Positions 1-13,178 are shown, numbered from the whole stretch's first letter. The stretch: 63,835 bases of DNA, filler included, from Chiloscyllium plagiosum (GCF_004010195.1; 4 parts of one record of this genome joined end to end with filler, not necessarily neighbours in it); one strand, 5' to 3'. Translations and numbers: made by a program. The notes: generated from the letters alone by a model not told the origin.

Positions 1-172
1 GGTTTGGTGGTGGGGGGTGGGGTCATGGTCAAGGGGGCAGTAGGAGGAGGTATCTGCGAGCTGGCGTTTGGCCTCAGCGGTGTAGAGGTCGGTGCGCCAA
101 ACTACTACCGCGCCTCCCTTGTCTGCTGGTTTGATAGTGAGGTTGGGGTTGCAACGGAGTGAGTTGCAAGCT
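1..172 (-). mobile_element. Penelope-like element (PLE) RT N-terminal fragment
   Basis: Reverse strand translates ...NPNLTIKPADKGGAVVVWRTDLYTAEAKRQLADTSSY, containing the ADKG motif typical of PLE RTs. Confidence 0.8.
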
Positions 173-220
173 GGAACCTGGGCCCATTCAACAATTTCCA
201 GGGTGACATTGATGATTTGG

Positions 221-335
221 AGGTGCAGGTGTTGGACTGGGGTGGACAAAATTAAAAATCACACAACACCAGGTTATAGTCCAACAGGTTTATTTGGAAG
301 CACTAGCTTTCGCGGCGCTGCCCCTTCATTAATCA
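221..335 (-). repeat. PLE terminal-repeat fragment, family B
   Basis: ttaaaaatcacacaacaccaggttatagtccaacaggtttatttggaagcactagctttc; related copies at about 7968, 30391, 48578 and 51740. Confidence 0.65.
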
Positions 336-409
336 GGGTGACATTGGCTACCTTTAAATACATATTGGCTCTGACCATATACAGTCATGCACATGATTAG
401 GTCTGTAAT

Positions 410-437
410 CTTTCACTTTCGATTGTCGTTCACGGAA
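410..437. promoter_or_regulatory. Adjacent IRF-E/ISRE and GAS motifs upstream of the PARP14-like ATG
   Basis: 410-424 reverse complement is AATCGAAAGTGAAAG (AANNGAAANNGAAA); 429-437 is TTCACGGAA (TTCN3GAA); about 180-205 bp 5' of ATG 617. Confidence 0.7.
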
Positions 438-616
438 GGATGTTTCCGAGCAATGACAAGACGAATAGAGTTATAAAGGATAATACCCGTCCCCCGAGGA
501 GGGAACTCAGTTTGAATCCTCCCCAGACCTCTCCGGTAGAGTAACCTGGTTCCAGACCGAGGGTTGACAAGCGGCAAGGCTGAAGCTGCGATCTCAGGGA
601 ATTCAAGCCAGGAGTA

Positions 617-785
617 ATGGCAGAATTCCCGGTGTTAGTGGAGGGACTGCCTGTCGAGCTGGACTCTGTCAAAAGTAAACTCGCCATTTATTTCCAAAGC
701 AAAAAGAAATCCGGCGGAGGAGAATGTGAGATCAAAGCACACGAAGATCCGAGGAAATTCCTGGTCTACTTTAAAAATGAACAGG
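617..785 (+). CDS. PARP14: PARP14-like gene, coding exon 1 (RRM1 N-part)
   Basis: MAEFPVLVEG...KLAIYFQSKKKSGGGECEI...FLVYF resembles the PARP14 N-terminus (KLQMYFQSPKRSGGGECEV); donor G|GTAAG, phase 1. Confidence 0.85.
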
Positions 786-1519
786 GTAAGGCACTACCGC
801 TGAAAATAGGCGAAAGTTCCCTGCGTCAGCAAGCGAGTATTTGTCTTGATTAGGGAATTTTGATTTGTGTCGGGATGTTAGAGAGGTGTGTCTCTGAGCA
901 GGTTGATTGGAAAATATATTCAATGCAATTTCATACCGATCAACTTTTGAATTTTTCTTTTGAGAATGGTGTACTTCCGCTGTTCTGAAGTGTCATATTA
1001 CGCCAACTGTTTTCTGTGTCTATCATTATTATACTTTAACTCTTAATTGCAGCATTTAGACACGTTTTGAAAGATCGGTAGTTTTTTTTTAGAGCAAGTG
1101 CATCGATTTTACACTGAATGGATCGGTTGAAATTGGGACATACTGAAAAAGAGTCATACTGCACTCAAAACGTTAGTTGTTTCTCTCTCCACAGATGCTG
1201 TCTCCAGCGCATCCTGCTTTTATTTCTGAATTTTCCTCTGTTGCTCCGAGATATATCTAATGACATTACGTGTTATTTTCTATCCATTACCAGAAATATG
1301 GTAAAGAAAGGGTATGCTTGTTTAGAGGTTATAAATAGTGGGTGATCATTCGTGTCCTTAAGGCAAGGTAGATTTTCATTTCCCCATTCAGGAGTAAAAC
1401 GGCTGATTGAAAACTTATGTGACAAGGAATTTGAACTGAATTGCCTTTTCTTTTACAAATGAAGATATTTTCAATTCAATCTGTTACAGAGAGGTAATTA
1501 CGCACCTCGGTGGCAGTCT

Positions 1520-1905
1520 TTTTAAAATTCAGTCATGCGATACAGGTGTTACTGGCTAGGCCAGCATTTATTGCCCATCCCAGAGGGCAGTTAAGAGTTA
1601 ATAACATTGCTGTGGGCCTGAAGTCACAGGTAGGCTAGACCAGGTAAGGATGGCAGTTTCCCTTCCCTAAAGGACATGAGTGAACCTGATGGAGTTTTAC
1701 AACAATTAGCAATGAATTCAGTCATCATTAGATGCTCTCAACCCTAACCCTAACATCCTTAGACTGTTAATTCCAGACTTCTTTTATTGAATTCAAAATC
1801 TACCACTTGCCATCCACCTGGGACCCCAGCACATTACCTGGGACCCCAGCACATTACCTGAATTAACAGTCCAGTGATAAAACATGTAGGCCATAACCTC
1901 TCCTC
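1520..1905 (-). mobile_element. DeuSINE/SacSINE1-like SINE
   Basis: Reverse complement of the copy at 38533-38850 (core ccttacctggtc..gcctac.tgtgact.cag.cccacagcaatg). Confidence 0.7.
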
Positions 1906-2939
1906 GGTTGAACCTAGGTTTTCTGATGCAGATGTAGGGACATTACCACTGTACCACAAATGACCCTTTGTAAGATGGGATGTTCCAAATTACCCACCTG
2001 TAATAGGAACCACTTGATTTTTATTGTCATTCAATTCACTATCAAGTAGCCAACACCCAATACAATGTTACTACCAAGTACCAAAATGGAAATTCTGATC
2101 TAGTTATGCAAATAGGAAGGTAGGAAGAGACTGAAAGTAAGTGGATAGGAACACAAAAATCATTGTGTTTTCCTTATGACACATATATACATCAACTCTG
2201 GAGGGAAACCACCTTATTACTTTTTGTACCAAACCTTGACCTTACTCTAAATCTTTATCTTGGAAGGACAAGAGTAATAAACATGTCATTTCACATAACC
2301 GCCTTTTAGATCTTCTCCAATTTTACTCTTCAACATCATTTGCAACGATTGCTAATATAATATCTGGCTTGTCAGATATTGCAGATGTTTGACATTCTCT
2401 TTCCAGTGCAAAAGTCCTCTTAAAGTCTGCCTCAAAAAAACATTGCACCACCACAATTGTGTGTGGTCTGGTCTAACTTCCTGAAAGTACTTATAATATG
2501 CTGGCTTGACTTTATCTACAGCATTTAATCATTTATACGCCTTGTAAAGGTCCTGCCTTCTCCATCAACTTGATCTAATTTATATTTTCTTCCCTGTAAC
2601 TCATCTGCTTTACTTGTTAGGCAGGAAAGTATAAGATTTACAATGCTCAGCCTTACGGCTTGCTTTGAATTCATCTAAGTCTATGTGTCTTTCATTAGTG
2701 TGCCAATCAGACCACAGAAGGCTCTAAATGTGGTCAAGCCAGGACATTTAGATCCGTGCATAAAGATTTTGTGTTTAATTTGTTGATGTTTAATTTACAT
2801 TCTGGTGGGAGGAATTGACTTTGTGTTGGGGACTGTGCCTTCTGGCAAGGCATTGTAGAAATTTAGGTGCTTCAGATTACACTTTTCTGACCATTTAAAA
2901 GACCCAAGTCTGAAAGTATTAGGGATTGGTAGTAATGTG

Positions 2940-3098
2940 ATAGGCATCTGGATACGTATATGAATAGGAAGGGTTTGGAGGGATGTGGGCCAGGTGCTGG
3001 CAGGTGGGTCTAGTTTGGGTTAGGAGATCTGGTCACCATGGGCGAGTTGCACTGAAGGGTCTGTTTCCGTGCTGTACACCTCTGTGACTCTATGACTC
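2940..3098 (+). mobile_element. CR1 LINE 3' end
   Basis: Matches the 3' UTR of the full-length CR1 (48300-48443); ends ctctgtgactctatgactc. Confidence 0.85.
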
Positions 3099-3395
3099 AT
3101 AATCCAGAGTCCTAGATTAATGCTTTGGAGAAATGGATTCACATCCCACTATGGTAAATACTTGAAATTAAAAATCTGAAAATTAAAACATTATAAATAC
3201 CTGTTTGCTTCACTAATAGGAAGGGAATTTGCTTTCCTCATGTAACCTGGCCAACACGTGACTCCTGAGCCACAGCAATATGGTTGACTCTTAACTGCCC
3301 TCTGAATTGGCCCAGCAAGCCATGCAGTTTGAGGGCAATTAGGAATGAGCAATAAATACTGTTCCAGAGAATGACACCCATATTCCATTTATGAA
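3099..3395 (+). mobile_element. DeuSINE-like SINE
   Basis: Shares the core and the gggcaattagg..gcaataaat tail with the 38533 and 41395 copies. Confidence 0.65.
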
Positions 3396-3429
3396 GTAAG
3401 TCCCAGGTTGGCTTCTCAGTTTACGTGTG

Positions 3430-4460
3430 CTATTTAATCAGGTTAAAAGCTCACGGAAAGAAAGGTCAGTGTCGGATTGGATTTAAAAGTTGGTTTAAAG
3501 ACAGAAAATAGCAAGTTATGGAAAATGTTTGTTACTTAGATGGGGGATAGTAAACAGTAGTGTTCCTCAGGGGGTCACACATAGGATCACTGCTCTTATA
3601 TACATGATTAAGGTATTGGAATACAAAGTAAAGTTTGTTTTGAGATGTGGCAACAGGTTGGCAAGATGGGCAGATAGGTGGCAAATGGAATTTAAGACAG
3701 AGAAATTTGAGTAGATGTCATAGGTATGGGGATAGTTTTGGGCAATTTAAATGTAATTTACATAAATCTAAGGGTGTGCAGAGACAGCGAACCTGAGGGT
3801 TCATATGCACAGGTCCTTGAAGGTGACAGAACATATTGAGAGAGGCTTACAAAGCATATAGAATCTTGACCTTATATTGTTAATTTAAACTCTCTTAAAG
3901 GTACACCCATATCTTCATAACAATATAGAGATATTGAGTATAAAAAAACAGGGATTTTACAATGAACTTTTACAAAGCACTGGTGAAGCTACAACAAGAG
4001 TTTTGCAGCCTGTACTGGTCACCAAATTGCAGGGAGAATGTGAGGGTCCTTGCAGGTGTAGATTTCCCCTGATTTTCAGGCTGGACAGATTTAAACCACA
4101 AGTTTTGGCTGGAGAATCTAGTGTTCTTCCTCTTGCAGTAAAGTAGGCTGGGGGCAGGTTTGATAGAAATATACCACAACATGACAACTTTAGATAAAAG
4201 AGATGAAGAAAAGGTATTCGAATGAGCATATCATACAAGGACTAGGGAACGTAGACTTTGGGTCATAGATAGGGTAACTGTGAAGAAGAACATTTTTACA
4301 CAGCAAATGGCAGTGACATGGAAAATACTATTAAGGTGTGGAAGCAGACATGATACAGGATTGCAAATGAAAATTGGATGGGCACTTGAGGGAAATTAAC
4401 TTGCTGGACTACAGGGAGTGGGGGAGTGGGTCTGACTGGATTGCTTGACATAGAGCTGGA
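3430..4460 (+). mobile_element. Old degenerate CR1 RT/3' fragment
   Basis: Remnants SSVPQG and LARWADRWQMEF; many stops and frameshifts. Confidence 0.7.
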
Positions 4461-4482
4461 CTGCGCTCATTGTACCCTTTGA

Positions 4483-4787
4483 GGGTGGCATGGTGGCTCA
4501 GTGTTTAGCACTGCTGCATCACAGCACCAGGGTCCAAGGTTCAATTCCAGTCTTGGGTGACTCTCTGTGTGGAGTTTGCACATTCTCCCTGTGTCTGCGT
4601 GGGTGTGCTCCGGTTTCTTCCCACTGTCCAAAGGTGTGCAGATCAGGTGAATTGGCCATTCTAAATTGCCCGCAGTATTAGGTGCATTAGTCAGAGGGAA
4701 ATGGAACTGGGTGGGCTACTTTTCAGAGGGTCGGTTTAGACGTGTTGGGCTCAAGGGCCTGTTTCCACACTGTAGGGAATCTAATCA
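4483..4787 (+). mobile_element. HE1/V-SINE (tRNA-derived)
   Basis: A box tggctcagtg, B box ggttcaattcc, V core gtgtggagtttgcacattctccc, CR1-like tail aagggcctgtttccacactgta. Confidence 0.85.
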
Positions 4788-6860
4788 ATTGGTGCCTGTG
4801 CCATAAAATATCTATGCCTCCTAGATTCCATAACTCTTTATATGTGATAGATGCTATTTTTTCCCACTTGCACCACTTTACATATGACACTGTTATAGTT
4901 TAGTTGTATTTTTCTGTCCATTGTAATCATTGAAATAAAACTGTTTTGCAAGTCTTTTGCAATTTTTCAAGTGTTCGCTACAGTAGGTTTGTCAGCACAG
5001 TTGGTAATTTGGAGTAGAACTTACCTCCACTGTTCAATGAGAGTCTTATCGAAGATGAAGTCATACTTTATTAAATTTACAACTCAAGAAGAAAGTACTG
5101 TTAAATTTAGTGATTCCTTCTGAGCTACTGATCCGACCTAATGCTGGAAAGGTAATGAGCAGCAGTTGGCAGTGTAACAATGCTGTAGTGCTTTTGAAGT
5201 CAAAATGTACTAGGTGAAGAGATGTCCTTGATCTATGAAGCTAATTCTGCTTTTCTCCACAGATGCTGTCTGACCTGTTGAATTTTTCCAGCTTTCTTTG
5301 CTTTTAGTTCAGATTTCCAGCACGCATATAACTTTGCTTTTGTTTCAGGAGACAACCCTAGCTGGAACTGTACAGTGCCACTGATGTCTTCTGACTTATC
5401 TTTACTTTCAAAAGCTTACAACATAGAAAATAGAACAGTACAGCACAGGAACTGGCCCTTTGTCCACCATGTCTGCACTGACCATGAACTAATCCCCTTT
5501 GTCTGCACATGGTCTGTATCTAACTATTCCCTGACTGTTCATAGAAACATAGAATGTCACAGCGCAATACAGGTCCTTTGGCCCTTGATGTTGCGCCGAC
5601 CTGTGAAAATAATCTGATGCCCATCTAACCTACACCGTTCCATTATTATCCATATGTATGTCCAATCCCTATTTAAATGCCCTTCATGTTGGCGAGTCTA
5701 TGTGTTTGTCTGAATACCTGTTAAACATAGCTGTCTTGTCTGTCTCTGTCACCTCCACAGGCAGCACATTTCAGGCATCTGAGACCCTCTGCAAAAAATA
5801 TTTTGCTCATTCATCTCATTTCAACTTTCTTCCTTTCACCTTAAACCTATGCCCCTATTATTTGACATATACACCCTGGCGTAAAAGACTCTGACTATCC
5901 ACCCTATCCATGCCTCAGTCGTACAAAGAGTAGAAACAGGGGGAAGAGAGTTTTCAGTGTTGCAAAATTCCCCAAAAGAAATTCCCTTATACTCACATGA
6001 CTTTATGACATAGATGATTACTAGTCTAAGCACTCTTTTCAAATGTATCTGATTACATATTTTGCAATCACATTCATGATCAGATATGTTACCAATGTTG
6101 CAATTGTAAATATTGATAGATGTTGTGTACAATTTGATCCATAATCAATGACTGTTTTGATGGAGCAAATAAGCAGAAACTGATGTTAGTGGTGAATGGA
6201 TCAATAACTAATGGACACAGATTTTAGATAATTAGTGAAAATCCAGCAAGGAAATTAGTATTTTTTTACATAGTGAATTGCTACAGTGAATCTGAACACA
6301 TCATTACAAAATGGCTTGGAAGTAACTTTCCAAAGAAAAATAAATTCTTTTAGTTCCTATCCTCCATGACATTTTCTAATTGATGATCAGTTTAATATTT
6401 AATACTTCATGCTATTATATTCATGTCTTGTGGCCATAATAGTGTGGCATGGACACTTCCACGCTCTGTGCAGAGGATCTGTTATGTGATGCACCCAGGT
6501 AAATTAATGCATGATATGATAAGATCCGAAGGTTACTTGGCTGGATGGATGTTGAAAGGATGTTTCTTCTTGTGGGACAATTTAGAATAAGGAGTCAGAG
6601 TTTAAAATAAAGGGGATGTCCACTTAAAACATTGATGACAATATATTGTTTATCTTTGTAAGTCTTCGAAATTCCCTTGTACAAAAGGTCATGGATGAAG
6701 AATCTTTAAATATTTTTATGGCAGGGATAGATAGATGCTTGATTACCAAGGGGATGAAAGATTATTGGAGATGTGTAAGAGAGTAGAGTCTGTCATGATC
6801 TTATAGAGTGCTGGGGCTAGCTCGAAGTATTGATTGGGATTCTCAATATTTGGTGTACGG

Positions 6861-7177
6861 TTAGGAGTTGAAAAATGTGATGCTGGAAAAGCGCAGTAGG
6901 CCAGGCAATATCTGAGGAGCAGGGGAATCGACGTTTCGGGCATAAGACCTTCTTCAGGAATGAGGCTGGTGTGCCAAGCGGGCTGAGATAAAAGATGGGG
7001 TGGGTGGAATTTGGGGGAGGGGTGCTGGAAATACAATAGGTGGAAGGAGGTGAGGGTGAGGGTGATAGGCCGGAGAGGGGGTGGGGGCAGAGAGGTCAGG
7101 AAGAAGATTGCAGGTCAAGAGGGCAGTGCTGAATCCGGGGGTAGGGACTGAGATAAGGTGGGGGGAGTCTTAGGAGT
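6861..7177 (-). mobile_element. PLE terminal repeat, family A, with hammerhead motif
   Basis: Reverse complement of 6926-6962 is cattcCTGAAGAaggtcttatgcccGAAAcgtcgatt; flanked by direct ttaggagt (6861, 7170). Confidence 0.75.
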
Positions 7178-7309
7178 CTTTATCACCTTGACCTAATGGT
7201 ACAACTCCTTCATGTTGGCAGATGAAGCAGCATGTAGGTGATTATTTCTTTTAATATTTACTTAAGGTAATAAGACAAAATGGGTGTACAGATTAAGATG
7301 GTAAAGTTT

Positions 7310-7680
7310 TTTTAATTCAAACATGGGACATGGGCATTGTTGGCAGGATAGTATTTATTGCCTGTCCCTATTTACTTTTGAACTGAGTGGCTCGCTAGGC
7401 CAATTGAGAGTCAACCCCATTGCTGTGGGCCTGGAGCCATATGTAGGCCAGACCAGGTTAGGGTGGCAGATTTCCTTACCGGAAGGACATCAATGAACTA
7501 GATGGGCTTTTTTTTCTAACAGTCTCATGGTCATCAGTAGATTCATAATTCCAGATTATTATTGAATTCAAATGACACCATCTGCTGTGATGAGATTTGA
7601 ATCAGGGTCCCAGAACATTAGCTGAATTTTCTGATAATAGTCTAGCGAGAATATCACAAGGGCCATCACCTTCCCCTTCC
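7310..7680 (-). mobile_element. DeuSINE-like SINE
   Basis: Reverse-complement match to 38533-38850, including the core and tail. Confidence 0.7.
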
Positions 7681-8344
7681 CTAAAGAATATTAATGGGTT
7701 TATATTAGTTAGGAGTCTTTATTATCTTGATCTAACTCCTTCATTAGTGGATTTTTACAATAATCTGTGGTACTATTTCTGGTGCTGGCCAACAAATTGA
7801 GGCCTGTTGAATCCATAGTGGGCTTATGTGCTCCTGGACTCAGAGTTGCTAGTTCAGTACCATTGCGTCAGGTTGATGAATTCTTAGCCTGACTACTTAA
7901 TTGATTACATTGCATATACAAAATGTGATTGAATCTCTAAAACCTGAAGCGTCATCATCTTCACTACTTGGTGAAGGAGTGTTGATCTGAAAGATTGTGA
8001 TTTCAAATAAACTTGTTGGACAATAACCTGCTGTCACGTGATTTTTGACTTTGTCCACCCCAATCCAATACCAGCACCTCTACACCATTTCTTTATTATG
8101 GCACATTGTGCTATCTGCAGGCTGGAACTATTCAGGTCTTAATGTAGCTTGGTCGAAAATAGTGTGGTTATCATGGCAGAATGATGCAAACAGATTTTAC
8201 TAATTTAATGTAATTAGTAAGCTAAGAAGCTGCATGTTGATAATTAGCAATGGAAATGATAAGCCAACTGTTAAAGGTAGTATAAAGGTATGCTATTTCT
8301 ACAAAATTCTGAATAGAAATGATGTGTTTATTTTGTATTATCAG

Positions 8345-8553
8345 TGAAGGAAAATGTGTTGAAGAAGGAGTTCCATACAGTGCAGCTAATGAGCTCAGAG
8401 ACTGTTCCGCTTCGAGTTATCGAGTATGAGTCCGGCAATAGGAGAAAAAGGTCTGAGAGCCCCAATAAATTTACAGCAAGCTCCAGCAAAAAGCTAGCAA
8501 TAGAACAAAGCCAATTACTGACCGGTTCACAAAGCCACAACAGCCATGAACAA
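8345..8553 (+). CDS. PARP14: PARP14-like exon 2 (end of RRM1 plus linker)
   Basis: Acceptor ttatcag, (V)KENVLKKEFHTVQL...SHEQ, donor CAA|GTAAGT; phase 1 to 0, fits exon 1. Confidence 0.8.
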
Positions 8554-9849
8554 GTAAGTCACTACAAATGTAATGTTGAAGGTCATGGTCCAATGCCTTT
8601 GCTTGTCCCACTCCTCCATTGGTTAGTAAAAATTTTGAGTTTGCAAAAGGAGATTGGTTAGCTCAGTTTGCTGGACAGATATGTTACATCACAGAATAAT
8701 GGTCAATATCATGGACTCAATTCCCACAGTGGCTAAGGGTACTATGAATACCTCAATCTCTCATCTCTCCTGAGGTGTGATGATCCTCTGGTTAAGTGGC
8801 TACCAACCATCTCTGTCAGAGTGACCTTTTGGTCTAATATGACTATTGAACTTCACCTTTATTGCATTGCCAAATATATGCTTATCAGGACAAGTCAGCC
8901 AGGTTTCTTAAGTCGCAAATTAAATAACTTATTTATGGCAAACAATATTTACTCAAGGAAAGATATAAAGATTATTAAGAATAGTTTGAAATGGTACAAC
9001 ACACATTCAGTCAGCAGTCACAGAACAAGTTGAGAGAGACCTGACCCAGGTTGTGGGAGAATTTTAGATTTATACACACAGAGCCTACGATAACTTACCT
9101 CAGAAGTAGAAAGGTTTTTCCCTTCTTTCTCGGAAAATCCTTACATTAAAGTTTGTGAGTAAAAACTTACAGTATAGCAATGTCTATGTCTGGGCAAAAT
9201 TATAAAGCTATGGTATTATCAGAAAAGTACTTTGCCCAAGGAATTAAATTCAGAAAGAAAAACTATTCACAAATTGTCCAAAATGTTGATCTGTAGCCTA
9301 AGTCACTTTTCTCACATTCTAATGACACTGGACTGTTCTACACAAGATTTTTACCTCACTGAACTCTCTTTCCGTGGGTAATGGTGTACATATTGAATTC
9401 TGCTTCAGAAACCTATACTTGTGGTGATGAGGTCTGTTTGTCAGTCTTTCTAAAACAATGATTTTAAACTGGAATGCATCTGAGAGCAAAATTCCTGAGT
9501 GATATTGGGAACGTGTTTATATTGTGAAAGTTTTATGATCAACCAGAGGAAACATCATGTTTAGGTATAGAAGAATCATGAAACCCAAAGATTGGAAAGC
9601 TTTTAGTTTCAGTTCACAGACAACGTGGCTGGGGTTAAATGTGGATACACTTCTCCTGGAGAAAGGGGTTACTTCAGAACAATTAGTCATGAGTATAAAG
9701 ATTTTTAGTTTGAAAATTTCATACCAGAAGTGTTTGCTTAGAAATCTGAAGGGGGTAATTAAGATTGTGTGGAAGTTTAAGCTCAGTTGTGTGTAAAGAA
9801 TCAAGGAAAGGACTACCAAACTCTCAAAATCAGCAATTAAAATAGACAG

Positions 9850-10070
9850 AGTCTAGATTAGAGTGGTGCTGGAAAAGCACGGCAGGTCAGGCAGCATCCG
9901 AGGAGCAGGAAAATCGATGTTTCGGGCAAAAGCCCTTCATCAGGAATGAAGGGCTTTTGCCTGAAACGTTGATCTTCCTGCTTCTTGGATGCTGCCTGAC
10001 CTGCTGGGCTTTTCCAGCACCACTCTAATCTGGACTATGATCTCAGCATCTGCGGTCCTCACTTTCGCCT
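9850..10070. repeat. Fold-back palindrome of two inverted PLE termini
   Basis: 9850-9940 and 9946-10036 are near-perfect reverse complements, followed by the terminal extension cagcatctgcggtcctcactttc. Confidence 0.85.
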
Positions 10071-10075
10071 ATATT

Positions 10076-10325
10076 ATCCCTGTGTCTGTGTGGGTTTTCC
10101 CTGGGCGCTCTGGTTTCCTCCCACCGTCCAAAAATGTGCAGGTTAGGCGAATTGGCCATGCAAAATTGTTCATAGTGTCCATGGGGTGTGTAGGTTGGTG
10201 GATTATCCATGGGAAATGCAGGGTTATAGGGTAGGGGGTGAGTCTGTATAGGATGCTCTTTGGAGGGTTGGTGTGGACTTGTTGGGGCAAATGGCCTGTT
10301 TCCACACTGTTGGGATTCTATGAAT
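10076..10325 (+). mobile_element. 5'-truncated HE1/V-SINE
   Basis: ccctgtgtctgtgtgggttttcc...atggcctgtttccacactgttgggattctatg; its tail abuts the exon 3 acceptor. Confidence 0.8.
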
Positions 10326-10346
10326 GCTCTCTTTTTTTTCATGCAG

Positions 10347-10401
10347 AGCCCAACAAAGGGATTTCAAAATCAAGAGTCTTCAGTTCCAATTGAAGAATCA
10401 G
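10347..10401 (+). CDS. PARP14: PARP14-like exon 3 (55 nt linker)
   Basis: Acceptor tttttttcatgcag, SPTKGFQNQESSVPIEES, donor G|GTACAG; phase 0 to 1 is needed to bridge exons 2 and 4. Confidence 0.7.
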
Positions 10402-10520
10402 GTACAGACTTTGTTTCTGAAGAACTAACTGCATCTTGTCATAGCCGTCATTTTGTGCCAAAATCGTTATCTAAGGTGGGGGAAAACAATCACCTTCACA
10501 TGTCGATTTTTCTTTTTCAG

Positions 10521-10691
10521 GTCTTGATCCATACGACACAGAGGACAGTTGCCTCAATCAGTTGCTGATCAACAGTGACGGTCCATTAGATACAGATGTT
10601 GTCGCAATGTATTTTGAGAGGTTTGCGTCAGATGTGGAAATCCATGTAAATGATGAAACTTCTTGGTTTGTAACCTGCTCAAGCAAAGAGG
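10521..10691 (+). CDS. PARP14: PARP14-like exon 4 (RRM-like)
   Basis: Acceptor tctttttcag; open frame GLDPYDTEDSCLNQLLINSDGPLDTDVVAMYFERFASDVEIHVNDETSWFVTCSSKE; donor G|GTAAAT; phase 1 to 1. Confidence 0.75.
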
Positions 10692-11086
10692 GTAAATGTA
10701 TATATCATTAACTGTAGCACTGAGAGAAACAGTGAGAATATGTGACAGAAATCTGAAGGTACCAAATTCAAAAAGACTGCATTCTGCAGATACCTATCAC
10801 TTTATATATCATGAAGCTGTGCATTGATATGTTAATATTTTGCACAGGAGTCCATAGAATTTTTTTATGGCATAAATGAGCAGAAAAATTAAGTTAAAGC
10901 AATATACAAGTAGAATTATTAATAGTCTCAGCTTTATACGACACATACTCCATTCGGCAAGAGACTGATACACAGTCTCAATTCTGGGCTTGTTATTTCT
11001 AATGGCAAGTGCCTGATTCAAAAAGGGGAAGACAGAGACAGCAAAACACAGTGAAGTATGGAATGAAAGAATTGAGAGATGGTTAC

Positions 11087-13178
11087 AGAGTCATAGAGGC
11101 GTACAGCACAGAAACAGACCCTTCACTCCAACTCATCCATGCTGACCAGATATCCCAATCTAATCTAGTCCCATTTGCCAGCACTTGGTCCATATCCCTC
11201 TAAATCCTTCCGATTCATATACCCATCCAGATGTTTTTTAAATGCTGTAATTGTACCAACTTCCACTACTTCCTCTGGCAACTCATTCCATTCACGCACC
11301 ACCCTCTACATGAAAAAGCTGCCGCTTAGGAACCTTTTATATCTTTCCCCTCTCACCCTGAACCTATGCTCTCTAGTCTGGACTCCATCACTCCAGCGAA
11401 AAGACCTTATCTGTTTCTCCTATCCATACCCCTCATGATTTTATAAACCTCAATAAGGTCACCCCTCAGCCTCCAACGCTCCAAGGAAAGCAGCCCTAGC
11501 CTATTCAGGCTCTCCCTATAGCTCAAATCCTCCAACCCTGGCAGCATTCTTGTAAATTTTTTCTGAATCCTTTCAAGTTTCACAACATCCTTCCAATAGG
11601 AAGGAGACAAGAATTGCACACAATATTCCAAAAGCCGCAACATGACCTCCCAACTCCTGTACTCAATACTCTGACCAATAAAGGAAATAATAACAAATAC
11701 CTTCTTCACTATCCTATCTACCTGCAACTCTACATTCAAGGAGCTTTAAACCTGCACTCCAAGGTCTCTTTGTTCAGCAACACTCCCTAGGACCTTACCA
11801 CTAAGTGTTTTAGTCCTGCTTTGATTTGCTTTCCCAAAATGCAGCACCTCGCATTTATCTAAATTAAACTCCATCTGCCACTCCTCAGCCAATTGGCCCA
11901 TCTGATCTAAATCTTGTTGTAATCTGAAGTAACCACTGTCCAATACACCTCCAATTTTGGTGTTGTCTGCAAACTTACTAACTAAACCTCCTATGTTCAC
12001 ATCCAAATCATTTATATAAATGACGAAAAGTAGTGGACCCAGCACCGATCCCTGAGGCACACCAGGTCTCCAGTCTGCAAAGCAACCCTCCACCACCCTC
12101 TGTCTTCTATCTTCGAGCCAGTTCTGTATCCAGTTGGCTAGTTCTCCCTGCATCCCATGAGATCTAATGTTGCTAATCAGTCTCCCATGGGGAACCTTGN
12201 NNNNNNNNNNNNNNNNNNNNNNNNNNNNNNNNNNNNNNNNNNNNNNNNNNNNNNNNNNNNNNNNNNNNNNNNNNNNNNNNNNNNNNNNNNNNNNNNNNNN
12301 NNNNNNNNNNNNNNNNNNNNNNNNNNNNNNNNNNNNNNNNNNNNNNNNNNNNNNNNNNNNNNNNNNNNNNNNNNNNNNNNNNNNNNNNNNNNNNNNNNNN
12401 NNNNNNNNNNNNNNNNNNNNNNNNNNNNNNNNNNNNNNNNNNNNNNNNNNNNNNNNNNNNNNNNNNNNNNNNNNNNNNNNNNNNNNNNNNNNNNNNNNNN
12501 NNNNNNNNNNNNNNNNNNNNNNNNNNNNNNNNNNNNNNNNNNNNNNNNNNNNNNNNNNNNNNNNNNNNNNNNNNNNNNNNNNNNNNNNNNNNNNNNNNNN
12601 NNNNNNNNNNNNNNNNNNNNNNNNNNNNNNNNNNNNNNNNNNNNNNNNNNNNNNNNNNNNNNNNNNNNNNNNNNNNNNNNNNNNNNNNNNNNNNNNNNNN
12701 NNNNNNNNNNNNNNNNNNNNNNNNNNNNNNNNNNNNNNNNNNNNNNNNNNNNNNNNNNNNNNCTAGCTTCCCACAGAGTTTGAAGGTACACCTGATCAGG
12801 TCCTGGAAATTTATCCACTTTTATGCATTTCAAGACATCCACCACCTCTTCCTTTGTAATATGGACATTTTTCAAGATGTCACCATCTATTTACTCACAT
12901 TCTGTATCTTTCATGTCCTTCTCCACAGTAAACACTGACGCAAAATACTCATTTAGTATCTGCCCCATCTCCTGGGGCTCCACACAAAGGCTGCCTTGCT
13001 GCTCTTTGAGAGGCCTTATTCTCTCCCTAGTTAACTTTTTGTCCTTTGTGTATTTATAAAAACCCTTTGGATTCTCCTTAACCTTATTTGCCAAAACTAT
13101 CTCATGTCCCCTTTTTGCCCTCCTGATTTCCCTCTTAAGTATACTCTTACTGCCTTTATACTCTAAGGATTCATTCGA
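11087..13178 (-). mobile_element. CR1 LINE ORF2/3' part (contains N gap)
   Basis: ORF pieces GVPQGSVLGPLLFVIYINDL, SKFADNTK, RLRGDLIEVYKIM; tail agagtcatagag. Confidence 0.95.

Noticed and set aside
1741..1753. Telomere-like accctaaccctaa
   Set aside because: Only two units, inside a SINE.
4483..4552. tRNA genes suggested by A/B boxes (also 26670, 38533, 63250)
   Set aside because: These are SINE heads continuing into SINE bodies.
12157..12875. Long ORFs with X runs (also 36963-37403 and 54790-55690)
   Set aside because: Artefacts of N gaps.
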